Shown: one piece after another, positions 47,665 to 57,118 of the stretch
Layout of the letters: the number at the start of each line of letters is the position of its first letter
How positions within the stretch are numbered: position 1 is the stretch's first letter
Assembly: GCA_913055805.1 (NCBI GenBank)
Contig: CAJXLF010000012.1
Location: forward strand, 35,034 to 99,033
Direction of reading: 5' to 3'
From: an uncultured Salinisphaerales bacterium
Lineage (GTDB): Bacteria > Pseudomonadota > Gammaproteobacteria > Nevskiales > CAJXLF01
DNA length: 64,000 bases
The notes under the pieces: generated by a model
Database searches by the model: none
The model's input: the letters and a program-made list of their open reading frames with translations, nothing else
Told to the model about the DNA's origin: nothing
Position numbers and translations under genes: made by a program

Positions 47665-50610
47665 ATGATCTGCTGTACAAAACCTTCGGTGCTAGAGCAC
47701 GGTGTGCCAAGACGAGGATATGTGCTGTCAACTGCTGTTGAGAAGATAGCCAACGATGCACGGAAAATAGTTCGCCTCATCGCACTAGCAATTAGTGAAT
47801 GCGAAGATATCGGAAGAACCTATTCCCAAAATTGTGAAGAAATCGGCGCTGAACGCGCGGCTTGGCATGCGCTTACGGCCTGGATACTCTGGTACAAGTT
47901 CACTCAATCGCAGTCTGCAATTCAGTTAGCGAATGCGCAGCAATGGTATATCGGCCGTCCACACACGGCTAAGGAAAAGCGCTTTTGGCGGAATTTGGCA
48001 CACGAGGTGGAGCCGCTACTATCCTCCATCGCCAATCGAGACGGCATCCTCGAGCTTCTTCCCTACGTCCTCGAGAGCCACGGACCCGGCTCTCGCCTAA
48101 GTGTACTTCGCGATCCTTCGACACAAATCGCTCGAACAAGAAAAAAAGATTCAGGAATTTTCTACACACCGCCGGACGTAGCATCCTACATGGCTGGTGA
48201 AACTTTGCTAGGGCATGGCTCCCATCTAAAGATATTAGACCCAGCGGCAGGCACCGGCGTGTTTCTCAGAGCTGCCCTCGCCCAACTTCGAGTCAAGGAT
48301 CAATCAAGGAACGCTTATTGCCTTGCGCTTGATACACTCTATGGCTGCGATATTGACGCGCAGTCGCTTGACGGCGCGGCACTAGTCATACTCGCCGATG
48401 TACTCCCAGATGCAATGGAAGTGGCCGCAACACCTTTAGCCGCTTGGAAGGCCCTCCGAACCAACCTTCGTCAATGCGACGCGACACTAATCGACCCAGC
48501 ACTACCATCTACCTCCGAACGCTTGAGCCTGCAAGATATCTTCCCTGCTGTGAGCAAAGGCTTTGACGTAATAATCGGCAATCCGCCTTATGCAGATATC
48601 GGTATGCGGCACGACTTGGCAGCCATGGCAGAACGCTTCCAAAGCATAAAAGCCTGCCCGAAGCGTACAGCCGACCTCTATACAGTATTTGTGGAGCAAA
48701 TGGTCCGTCTTTCGAGCGAAAAAGCTTCGGGCGCAATGGTGCTACCGTTATCGCTGGCCTGTAATTCCGGGCCTCAATTCAGAGCTTGTCGAGAAGCCAT
48801 AGAAGCACAGCCCGGCCACTGGCGATTTGCCTTCTTTGATCGACAGCCACATGCACTTTTCGGCGAGGACGTCAAAACTAGAAATACAATTCTTTTTTGG
48901 AGCAGGCAAGATAGTGGCACGAAAATCAGCACCGGCCCACTCCGAAGATGGCGCGGCGATGACCGCCGTGAAATGTTCAAATGCATTGACTTCACATCAA
49001 TCAAAAAAGGAATCGCAACCGGCATCCCAAAACTGCATGGCCCTGCCCAGGCTGCCGTGTGGAATAGTCTGCGAGACTTCCCCGATACACTTTCCGATCT
49101 GATCACTGATTCGAGCCGTACCGTACTTTGCGATCTTCCGGCAGGTTCAAGTTGTGAGGTATTCGTCGCACCCACCGCTTACAATTTTCTCGGCGTTGCT
49201 AGGCCTTGCTCACTTAATAAGAACCGAAATGAAGAGCTCTCATCAAACCCAATGATCCGATTGAAGTTCAGATCAGAAGAACTCGCTGCTGCCGCTTACG
49301 CTACTCTTTCTGGATATTTCGCCTTTTGGTGGTGGCACGTTACCGGCGACGGTTTTCATGTCAATCAGAAAACTCTTGGCAGCATTCCAATCGGACAAGT
49401 AGTTCGCTCCAAAGAAATCAGTTCTCAACTCGCTTCGCTTGGTCGCGACCTTTGGAAAATCACAAAAAAAGTGCCGGTTCGAAGCGTGAACCGAGGACGC
49501 GTTTCCTACGCATTCTCATCCAAATCGGCGCCTGATATCAGGCGACAGATTGACATCCTCTTGCTCCGCGCTCTGGAAATTCCCGAAGACTTCATTGTGG
49601 ATTTGGAGGAATTTACAGAAACCATCACCGAAGCGCAGCTATTCACACGACTACGCGAATCGAACAAAGGAAACATAGGCATGAAACAGAAGAAAATCTC
49701 AACAGAAATTAAGGAAAGAAGTAAAGTAACCAAAGAGGAATGGCGGGAGTACACCAAAACAGTCTGGTCTATTGCGAACAAGGCCCGTCCAGATCATCCT
49801 GCCGCCTTTCCAGAGGAAATCCCGCATCGTTTAACTAAATTGTTTAGTTTTTACGGAGACACTGTGCTTGATCCATTTGCAGGCACTGGCAGCACGGCAA
49901 GAGCGTCAATTCCACTAGGTCGCAAGACAGTATGCGTTGAACAGAACTCCGACTATGCCGCGATCATTCGTTCTGAGTGCGCAAAATTGCGCAATGGGCA
50001 CGCCGAAGACTTTGTACCACTCGAAGTAATCAACGGCGACAGCCGAAATATGGAGTTTCTTGAAAATGATAGTGTAGGACTGATTGTCACCAGTCCGCCG
50101 TACTGGGACAAAGCCGACTATGGAACGGGCGAAAACAATCTTGGAAACATTGCCAGCTACAAAGAATTTCTTGAAAGCATCCGACCTGTATTTGAAGAGT
50201 GCTACCGAGTTCTGGAACCTGGTCGCAAAATGTGTGTGGTCACAGCAAACGTAAATCAGCACACTGAAGAAGGGCTCCTAACATTTCCCCTAGCGACTGA
50301 CTTCGGGGTGATACTGAGAAATATCGGCTTTGTGATGGTCAATGAAATTATCTGGTCGAAAGACCGCACTGGCGGGAAATGGGGCTCGTTTGGCGCACAA
50401 CGACCAATTTTCGGCAGCTATCCTTACCCACCGAATTTCCTCTTCAAGAATATCCATGAGTACATCCTGATCTTCGCGAAACCTGCATTAACCAAGCGCA
50501 AGGGGCCAAAAGTTAAGAAATACAATGAGCTGATGGGGGGCATCCAAAACAGCCAACCGCTCATGTCGACGGAGATCGACGATGAGCATGCCTTGATGCA
50601 CACCAACTGA
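47665..50610 (+). CDS. Double DNA methyltransferase: gamma-type N6-adenine MTase in frame with a permuted N4-cytosine-type MTase (possible internal start at 49681)
   Basis: Domain 1: GIFYTP, LDPAAGTG, GCDID, IIGNPPY. Domain 2: HPAAFP, VLDPFAGTG, GDS, IVTSPPY, EIIWSK, HEYILIF. Confidence 0.85.
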   Translation: MICCTKPSVLEHGVPRRGYVLSTAVEKIANDARKIVRLIALAISECEDIGRTYSQNCEEIGAERAAWHALTAWILWYKFTQSQSAIQLANAQQWYIGRPHTAKEKRFWRNLAHEVEPLLSSIANRDGILELLPYVLESHGPGSRLSVLRDPSTQIARTRKKDSGIFYTPPDVASYMAGETLLGHGSHLKILDPAAGTGVFLRAALAQLRVKDQSRNAYCLALDTLYGCDIDAQSLDGAALVILADVLPDAMEVAATPLAAWKALRTNLRQCDATLIDPALPSTSERLSLQDIFPAVSKGFDVIIGNPPYADIGMRHDLAAMAERFQSIKACPKRTADLYTVFVEQMVRLSSEKASGAMVLPLSLACNSGPQFRACREAIEAQPGHWRFAFFDRQPHALFGEDVKTRNTILFWSRQDSGTKISTGPLRRWRGDDRREMFKCIDFTSIKKGIATGIPKLHGPAQAAVWNSLRDFPDTLSDLITDSSRTVLCDLPAGSSCEVFVAPTAYNFLGVARPCSLNKNRNEELSSNPMIRLKFRSEELAAAAYATLSGYFAFWWWHVTGDGFHVNQKTLGSIPIGQVVRSKEISSQLASLGRDLWKITKKVPVRSVNRGRVSYAFSSKSAPDIRRQIDILLLRALEIPEDFIVDLEEFTETITEAQLFTRLRESNKGNIGMKQKKISTEIKERSKVTKEEWREYTKTVWSIANKARPDHPAAFPEEIPHRLTKLFSFYGDTVLDPFAGTGSTARASIPLGRKTVCVEQNSDYAAIIRSECAKLRNGHAEDFVPLEVINGDSRNMEFLENDSVGLIVTSPPYWDKADYGTGENNLGNIASYKEFLESIRPVFEECYRVLEPGRKMCVVTANVNQHTEEGLLTFPLATDFGVILRNIGFVMVNEIIWSKDRTGGKWGSFGAQRPIFGSYPYPPNFLFKNIHEYILIFAKPALTKRKGPKVKKYNELMGGIQNSQPLMSTEIDDEHALMHTN

Positions 50611-50626
50611 CATCGAGGCGGCCACC

Positions 50627-51727
50627 GTGTTCTACAATCAGCCTCTTTCTGTTCGCTTCGGCACCGAACTGCTACGACACGTCGACCACGCATCCAGCAT
50701 TGAGCCGTACTGGGATCAACTGGACATAGCGGTTGCCTGGGTACGTGCATCAGGTGTCAATTACCTTGAAACCAGCCTGCGCAAGTTCCTTAGGCATGGT
50801 GGACGTCTATCTATTATCGTCGGGATCGACCTACAAAACACGACGCGGGATGGGCTTCAGGCATTGCTGAATCTAGAGGGGCACGGCACATGCGAAACGT
50901 TTGTGTACCATAACGAAGCCGGAAGTATTTTCCATCCAAAGCTATATTTATTCCGTAATGAAGAAGAAGCCCGACTGATTGTCGGCTCTAACAATCTTAC
51001 CGCTGCGGGACTATATTCAAATGTCGAGGCAGGATTGCAGGTAGATACCGAATTAACAGCCGATTTAATTGCAGAAGCAAGTGATGCTCTGGCCGCTTGG
51101 AAAGACGCGGCGGAAGGCATGGCGGTCCGCCTAGACGCTGCGTTTCTGACTGATCTAGTGGCAGAGGGATACGTCTCAGACGAGAGGGCCACCCGCAATG
51201 CAGAGAAAAAGCGCCGCGCTTCGCGAAGTTCGCGCAGCGGTCGCCGCTTATTCGGCTCAAGATCATTCAACCCTCCGGCTAGGCCTTCGAGTGTGCACAC
51301 CCCCTCTGCATCGCCCACAGCCACTATACCTGCCGCCACACCCGTTCCTACGGGTACTACAATCCTAATGAGGTTGCGCTCGGCCCGTGGCACGCAAGTT
51401 CAAATACCCTTCCGGGTAGCATCGACCTTCTTCACCGGAATCAACCAAGTTATCAGCGCCCAAAATGGCAACGTTCACGGGTTGAACATTGCTAAAGCAA
51501 GAGGTAAACCGAATACAACAAAGCTTGAGATTCCAGAGCTGCTCGGTTTTAGCGATGTCTTCGCCAGATTCGAGAAGACTCCTGCGGGTGTGGTCTACGA
51601 AGTTTACGATGCCGGTACGGCACAAGGAAACCAAATTGAAGCGAGCCTCAAGAATGGCATGGCTAACGGTGAAACCCAGCAAAGTATCAAGGATACTTCC
51701 AGAGCAACCTGGTGGCGAGAGATATAG
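50627..51727 (+). CDS. PLD-family (HxK) nuclease, BfiI/NgoFVII-like, with a C-terminal putative DNA-binding domain
   Basis: IAVAWVRASG, IIVGID, FHPKLYLF, IVGSNNLT..GL..NVE; P/S/T-rich linker then a ~120-aa domain. Confidence 0.8.
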   Translation: MFYNQPLSVRFGTELLRHVDHASSIEPYWDQLDIAVAWVRASGVNYLETSLRKFLRHGGRLSIIVGIDLQNTTRDGLQALLNLEGHGTCETFVYHNEAGSIFHPKLYLFRNEEEARLIVGSNNLTAAGLYSNVEAGLQVDTELTADLIAEASDALAAWKDAAEGMAVRLDAAFLTDLVAEGYVSDERATRNAEKKRRASRSSRSGRRLFGSRSFNPPARPSSVHTPSASPTATIPAATPVPTGTTILMRLRSARGTQVQIPFRVASTFFTGINQVISAQNGNVHGLNIAKARGKPNTTKLEIPELLGFSDVFARFEKTPAGVVYEVYDAGTAQGNQIEASLKNGMANGETQQSIKDTSRATWWREI

Positions 51728-51858
51728 AACGCCGCTTACCCGCACAATTGATACCCTTTGAAATCACCACGGTCTAGACTAGCGCATCTACCAAAGTGAC
51801 AGCAGTGGAACAATTTTTATGACGGCACTAATGTGCAACTGCTTAATAATTTCATCTC

Positions 51859-51891
51859 AAAACAAAAAGCCCTTCGATTGAAGGGCTTTTT
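51859..51891. terminator. Bidirectional terminator, right copy of the 33-bp direct repeat
   Basis: aaaacaaaaagcccttcgattgaagggcttttt. Confidence 0.9.
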
Positions 51892-51909
51892 TATGGTCTC
51901 AAGATATTG

Positions 51910-52848
51910 TCAGGCGCTGGTACGCAACCGCGAACGGAAGCCACGAATGCGGTCCAGCAATCCCTCGGTTGCCTTGTTGGCCACCGGCTCCCTGGATTCC
52001 GCCACTTCGTAACGCTTGGTCAGCTGCGGCGCATGGGAAAGCCGCTGATGCTGACGCACGGCTGATTTGATGGCGATACGCGCCTGGCTGTCGTGCAGCG
52101 GCTTGCTGATCATGCGGAAGATCTGGCCCTGGTTGATCAGTTCGATGGCCGAATGGGCATCGGTGCGTTCGGTCAGAATCACACTCACCAGTTCAGGCTT
52201 GTGCAGCTTCAGCTTGCCGAGCAGGCTGGTCACAGGTGTGGACTGTACCCGGGTTTCGGAAATCACGACCGCGACATCGTCTGACTCCAGCTGATCCACA
52301 GCCGCAGCCAATGTGGTCGCGCCGCTGACCTGGAATTCCGGACCCAGGATATCCTGAATCTTGGCCGCCATGCCGGCATCGTCGTCCATCACCAGAATGC
52401 GGGTCGCATGCCCTGCCGGCTTAGCAGCCTCAAGGGTCTCTTCGGGCAGGGGTTCAATACTGGCGCTGATCTTGGCGGCATCCACCGCCAGCGCCACACA
52501 CTGCAGCAGTTCCTCGTTGTCCCAGGGCTTGTTCACGAAGCGGAAAATTTCGCCGTCGTTGATAGACCCGACGATGGAAGTCAGGTCGGAGTAGCCGGTC
52601 AACAGGATACGCATGATGTTTTCGTTTACACCGCGCACGGCGCGCAACAGCTCCACGCCGGTCATGGCGGGCATGCGCTGGTCACTGACAATCACATCAA
52701 CCGGTTGCTCACGCACGATTTGCAGGGCTTCGCTGCCACTGTTGGCAAAGTGGGTCTTGTAACGCCCGCGAAACAGCATGCGCATGGTGGCCAATATGCC
52801 CGGATCGTCATCGACGAACAGAACGCTGGCTTGGCTGGTATCGCTCAT
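51910..52848 (-). CDS. Tandem-receiver response regulator (REC + degenerate REC)
   Basis: FVDDD, VIVSDQRMP, LTG, KPW; second domain VMDDD, VVISETRV, KP. Confidence 0.85.
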   Translation of the reverse strand: MSDTSQASVLFVDDDPGILATMRMLFRGRYKTHFANSGSEALQIVREQPVDVIVSDQRMPAMTGVELLRAVRGVNENIMRILLTGYSDLTSIVGSINDGEIFRFVNKPWDNEELLQCVALAVDAAKISASIEPLPEETLEAAKPAGHATRILVMDDDAGMAAKIQDILGPEFQVSGATTLAAAVDQLESDDVAVVISETRVQSTPVTSLLGKLKLHKPELVSVILTERTDAHSAIELINQGQIFRMISKPLHDSQARIAIKSAVRQHQRLSHAPQLTKRYEVAESREPVANKATEGLLDRIRGFRSRLRTSA

Positions 52849-52875
52849 CTAATGTTTCCCCTTTGTCCTTTCGGG

Positions 52876-54696
52876 TCAGGCGGTAGCCGCTGCCAGTGCT
52901 TCGGTGGCTATCGGCTCCATGCCGTCCTCGGATTCCGGCTGCTTCGATGGCAGCCAGATTATGAATTCACTGCCGACCCCCGGCGTCGACTTGGCCGTAA
53001 TGCGGCCATGATGGTCCTGAATGATCTTGTAACTGATCGACAGGCCCAGGCCGGTACCGCCGCCCACATCCTTGGTGGTAAAGAAGGGGTCGAAGATCTG
53101 CTCGAGCACTTCCGGCGTCATACCGCTGCCATTGTCGATGACGCGGATACCCACGCCGTTGTTCAGGGCATTGGTATGAATGGTGATACGCCCGTCCGGC
53201 TTGTCGCCAATGGCCTGGGCGGCGTTGGTCACCAGATTCAGCAGCACCTGGTTGATCTGCGAAGGTGAACACTCGATTTCCGGCAACCGGTCCAGCTTCT
53301 TGACCACCTCGATGCCCTTCTTGAGGTGGTTGGTGGCCAGCTTGAGCGTGGACTCCACACCCTGGTTGAGATCGAACAGGTCCGTACGCGTACGGTCGAC
53401 GCGCGAGAAGTCCTTGAGACTCTGCACCAGCTCGCCGATATGCGTCAGACCGAACTCGGAGTGATTCAGCAGGTTATCCAGCTCGTCCGCCAGCTCCAGC
53501 GACTGGATCTGGTCTTCGACCCTGGCGGCGTTTTCCAGTGCCTCGGCAATTTGCTGGTCGGTAGCATCAGGCGAACCCAGCAGCTCTATGGCCTGCTTCT
53601 GCGCCTCGCAGACACCGCGGATATCGCGGATGGCGCCGCGAATAATGCTGGAATTACTGCGGGCATAGCCCAGTGGCGTATTAATTTCATGCGCCACACC
53701 CGCCACCATCTGGCCCAGCGAGGCCATTTTTTCCGACTGGATCAGCTGGGCCTGGGATTCCTTCAGGTTCTTCAAGGCCTGGCTCAAATCGGCCGTGCGT
53801 TCCTTCACCTGTTCTTCCAGGGTTTCGTTGGCGCGGTCCAGATCGCGGAAACTCTTGGCCAGGCGCAAACCCAGCAAGGCCAGCATCAGCAGCAGAATCG
53901 CGGTATAGGCCGCCAGCCAGATACGATACTGGTTGGCCACCGCCACACGGGATTCGTGGTAGTCGTTATAGGCCTCTTCCACACCCTGCAGGCTGGTGAC
54001 CGTGGGAATGGTCAGGAAGTCATTCAGCAGATTGACCAGGTCGGTCTTGTCCACGATCACGTCGTTCACGGCACCGCGCAGGCGCTTGGACGCATCCTGG
54101 AATTCCGTACCGAAGTTACCCTCGATTTCCTCCAGCTCCTTGGAGCGCTGCTCCACCGCGCCGGTCACAATGTCCGACGGCCGTGGTGAAATCGCATAGG
54201 TGGTGATGGCGTACTGCAGACTGCGCAGAATCTGATGCAGCGCCTGATCATCGGAGAGTTTTTCCAGCTTGCCGATGTAGAATGGCACCGAGTCTACGCT
54301 TCGGATCATGCGCTCCATGCCGCGCGAGGTCTGTGACTCGAAGTCCCAGGCCAGACCGAACTTGTCACCGATCTTTTCCTGGAACTGGTCAAGCGCGGCG
54401 TCCACGCCCGGCGACAGGCCACGGAAGGCCAGGCGGCCTTCTTCCAGCGCGTCCAGCTTGTCACCCACTTCGGCGGTCAGCTCGGTACGGGTTTTCCGCG
54501 AGGCGACCAAAGCCGAGGTGGTTTCCAGCACCACTGCACGGTCGAGGCGGTCATCGAGGTTGCCGATCTGCTGTAGCAAACCCAGGCGCTCCATGTGCAG
54601 ATCGATATCCACGGTCTGCGTACCGCGCACCAGGAATAGCAGTATCGCGATAGCCGTACCGGCGATCGCGCCTATGAATAGCATTCTCAGTCGCAT
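52876..54696 (-). CDS. Membrane sensor histidine kinase (periplasmic helical sensor, NtrB-type core)
   Basis: Two TM helices; [22 protein letters not shown]; NLVTNA; DNGSG; FDPFFTTK; GTGLGL. Confidence 0.9.
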   Translation of the reverse strand: MRLRMLFIGAIAGTAIAILLFLVRGTQTVDIDLHMERLGLLQQIGNLDDRLDRAVVLETTSALVASRKTRTELTAEVGDKLDALEEGRLAFRGLSPGVDAALDQFQEKIGDKFGLAWDFESQTSRGMERMIRSVDSVPFYIGKLEKLSDDQALHQILRSLQYAITTYAISPRPSDIVTGAVEQRSKELEEIEGNFGTEFQDASKRLRGAVNDVIVDKTDLVNLLNDFLTIPTVTSLQGVEEAYNDYHESRVAVANQYRIWLAAYTAILLLMLALLGLRLAKSFRDLDRANETLEEQVKERTADLSQALKNLKESQAQLIQSEKMASLGQMVAGVAHEINTPLGYARSNSSIIRGAIRDIRGVCEAQKQAIELLGSPDATDQQIAEALENAARVEDQIQSLELADELDNLLNHSEFGLTHIGELVQSLKDFSRVDRTRTDLFDLNQGVESTLKLATNHLKKGIEVVKKLDRLPEIECSPSQINQVLLNLVTNAAQAIGDKPDGRITIHTNALNNGVGIRVIDNGSGMTPEVLEQIFDPFFTTKDVGGGTGLGLSISYKIIQDHHGRITAKSTPGVGSEFIIWLPSKQPESEDGMEPIATEALAAATA

Positions 54697-54911
54697 CTCT
54701 CCCCCTGTCTCCCGCCCCCATGAATACGGGGTTCGCCCGCAGGCCCCCTTTATGAGCAGTAACGCAAGATAATGCGCGCGCCCCGGCATGCAAACATCAT
54801 CCTTGCGGATTAGTTTTACTCGCTTGTCCGGCGGCTGTCAGCCAAACGGGTGATTCGCGGTTAACCGGATTACGCTGAACTGGGTTTATTGAAAGGAAAA
54901 CGGGTGAATCC

Positions 54912-55694
54912 ATGACCCTGTCCGAACTCGGCTCGATCCAGCAGGTCCTGCTGATTTTTATACTGGTGCTGGGTGCACTGACCTTTGTCGGCACCCTGAT
55001 CAAGACCAACACCTATGGCCGGCATATGCAGGGCAATGAAAAACTCACCCTGCCCGCGCTGCCTGCCTGGCTAATATTTGAATGCCCGCAGTGGTGGGCC
55101 TTTGCGGTCACGTTCTGGGGCCTGGCGCTGGTACATGACCTCTCGCCTTCGTTGCCGGCCATCCTGCTGTTCGCACTGTGGCAATCACACTACCTATATC
55201 GCTCGCTCGTCTACCCGCTACGCATGCAGGACCGCGCCAAGCGTTTTCCACTCGCCGGTGTTGTTTTCGGATTCGGCTTTAACGCCATCAATGGTTTTGT
55301 AAACGGCTTTGCGGTACTGACTGCCAGCCACCTGATGGACAGCGCCTGGCTGAGCGACCCGCGTTTCGTTGCAGGCCTGGTCATCGCCGTCAGCGGCTGG
55401 TGGATCAACTTCCAGGCCGACGGCATCCTGATCAACCTGCGCAGTGACGGCAGTACGGGCTACAAGATTCCGTTCGGCGGCATGTTCCGTTATGTCTCCA
55501 GCGCCAATTATCTTGGGGAAATCGTACTCTGGTGCGGCTGGGCCCTGATGGCCTTCACGCCAGCCGGCCTCATCTTCGCCCTGTTTACCATCTCCAACCT
55601 GCTACCCAGAGCACTTTCGCATCATCGCTGGTATCTGCAAAAATTCCCGGACTACCCGGCGGACCGCAAGGCCATCATTCCAAAACTGCTATAG
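54912..55694 (+). CDS. SRD5A-type steroid 5alpha-reductase
   Basis: YGRH, AWLIFECP, HYLYR, INFQADGILINLR, YKIPFGGMF.YVSSANYLGE, HHRWY..KFPDYP.DRKAIIP. Confidence 0.85.
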   Translation: MTLSELGSIQQVLLIFILVLGALTFVGTLIKTNTYGRHMQGNEKLTLPALPAWLIFECPQWWAFAVTFWGLALVHDLSPSLPAILLFALWQSHYLYRSLVYPLRMQDRAKRFPLAGVVFGFGFNAINGFVNGFAVLTASHLMDSAWLSDPRFVAGLVIAVSGWWINFQADGILINLRSDGSTGYKIPFGGMFRYVSSANYLGEIVLWCGWALMAFTPAGLIFALFTISNLLPRALSHHRWYLQKFPDYPADRKAIIPKLL

Positions 55695-55714
55695 CTATAT
55701 ATAAGGAGTATTCC

Positions 55715-56209
55715 ATGAGGGATTCACTGGAAGACCGCATCGCCAGGCTGGAAGCCATAGAAGCCATCCGCGCCCTGAAGGCCCGTTACCTGGCCGCCTG
55801 CGACGCCAAGGACCCGGAAGCCGTGCGCGCCTGTTTCGCCGACGGCCCGGTGCATATCGACTATGGCGCCATCGGCACATTCGATAATGCCGACGACCTG
55901 GTGAAGATCTATACCGACATCGCCTGCCACCCGCATATGCTGGAAATGCACCACGGCAGCAATCCCCGTATTGAGCTGACCGACTCGCACACTGCCGAAG
56001 GCGCCTGGTCGATGCAGTATCAGCTGATCAACAGCAATGACATGACCCTGACCCAGATCGGCGGCGTATATCTGGATGAATACCGATTGATAGAAGGCGA
56101 ATGGAAAATCACCTCGACGCATTTCAGCGCCGAATCCACGCTGGCCGTTGAGCTGGGTGAGGCCGCGCTGAAGAAGATGTTTGCAGGCCGGCGCATGCCG
56201 ATGCCCTAG
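55715..56209 (+). CDS. NTF2/SnoaL-family protein (BaiE/LinA-like dehydratase)
   Basis: EAIRALKARYLAACDAKD, MHHGSNPRIE, YLDEY...GEWKI; RBS aaggag. Confidence 0.8.
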   Translation: MRDSLEDRIARLEAIEAIRALKARYLAACDAKDPEAVRACFADGPVHIDYGAIGTFDNADDLVKIYTDIACHPHMLEMHHGSNPRIELTDSHTAEGAWSMQYQLINSNDMTLTQIGGVYLDEYRLIEGEWKITSTHFSAESTLAVELGEAALKKMFAGRRMPMP

Positions 56210-56973
56210 GCGCCAGCGCCCACCTGGCGAATCTTGTCAATGGTGGCGGCATTCAGTGCCCCACCATCTTCGGCCATCATGCTTGCCGCCACTTGCGGGC
56301 GGCAGAACTGGCGCACGAAATCGGCAAGTACCCGCATCACCACGTCATCATGTGCTTCCTGCATGCCGTCGGACACCCAGTTGGCCAGCCGCGTCTGTTG
56401 CTGGGCCATTAACAGCTTGGACTGATCCGCCGGCACGCCGGGCACGAACAGGCCCTGATTTGTACCCCAGTTGAAGACCTGTTCCATCATCGCCAGCCCG
56501 CGCTCCCACAGCTGTTGCTCGTCGGAACTGGGGCGTGCCGCACTGTGATACCAGGCATAGCCCTGCTGCAGCTGGATACGCAGATAATCCGGATGCTCAA
56601 GCAGATACAGGACATGGGCCTGCATCATCCACAGAATCTGCTCCACCGATTCCAGTCCCTGCAGCACCTGGGCACGTCCCAGAGCGCTATTCATCATTTC
56701 GTTGTCACGCACGATCAACAGGCCGCGATACAACTCCAGCTTGCCGGGGTAGGACTGGTACAGCGTGCCCAGTGAAATGCCTGCCGCCGAGGCAATGTCC
56801 TTCATCTTGGTGTTTTCGTAGCCCTGCTCGGCAAAGATGCTCTCGGCCACATCCAGGATGTGCTCGCGGTAGAGGGCATCCTTGGCAGCACGCAGATCAC
56901 GCGACTGCGGACGGCGTCCCCGCGAGGGTTTGAGTGCTTTATCAGAGGCTTTTCTGGACTGACTCGTTGACAT
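56206..56973 (-). CDS. TetR-family regulator, divergent from the GMC operon
   Basis: ILDVAESIFAEQGY..TKMKDIASAAGISLGTLYQSYPGK. Confidence 0.9.
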   Translation of the reverse strand: MSTSQSRKASDKALKPSRGRRPQSRDLRAAKDALYREHILDVAESIFAEQGYENTKMKDIASAAGISLGTLYQSYPGKLELYRGLLIVRDNEMMNSALGRAQVLQGLESVEQILWMMQAHVLYLLEHPDYLRIQLQQGYAWYHSAARPSSDEQQLWERGLAMMEQVFNWGTNQGLFVPGVPADQSKLLMAQQQTRLANWVSDGMQEAHDDVVMRVLADFVRQFCRPQVAASMMAEDGGALNAATIDKIRQVGAGA

Positions 56974-57118
56974 CTTTGCAATCTACCTTTCTAATATAGT
57001 AATTGCAATTTCTAATTAAGTAACTAAGATTATACAAAGTCGGAATACGACTGGACATGGCCCTGCGCCATGGGTGCAAAGGAATCGACGAAAGGAACTT
57101 AGGAGAGAAGCGAACGCC

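Larger units (their letters stand above)
46451..51891. mobile_element. Lower-GC genomic islet (LexA-like + MTase + PLD nuclease) flanked by 33-bp direct repeats; no integrase seen
   Basis: Visible drop in GC and shift in codon usage; perfect flanking direct repeat; defence-type cargo. Confidence 0.8.

Noticed and set aside
54700-54910. GC-rich hairpins upstream of the kinase as a possible riboswitch or sRNA
   Set aside because: No recognisable aptamer consensus by eye; an Rfam/Infernal scan would be needed.
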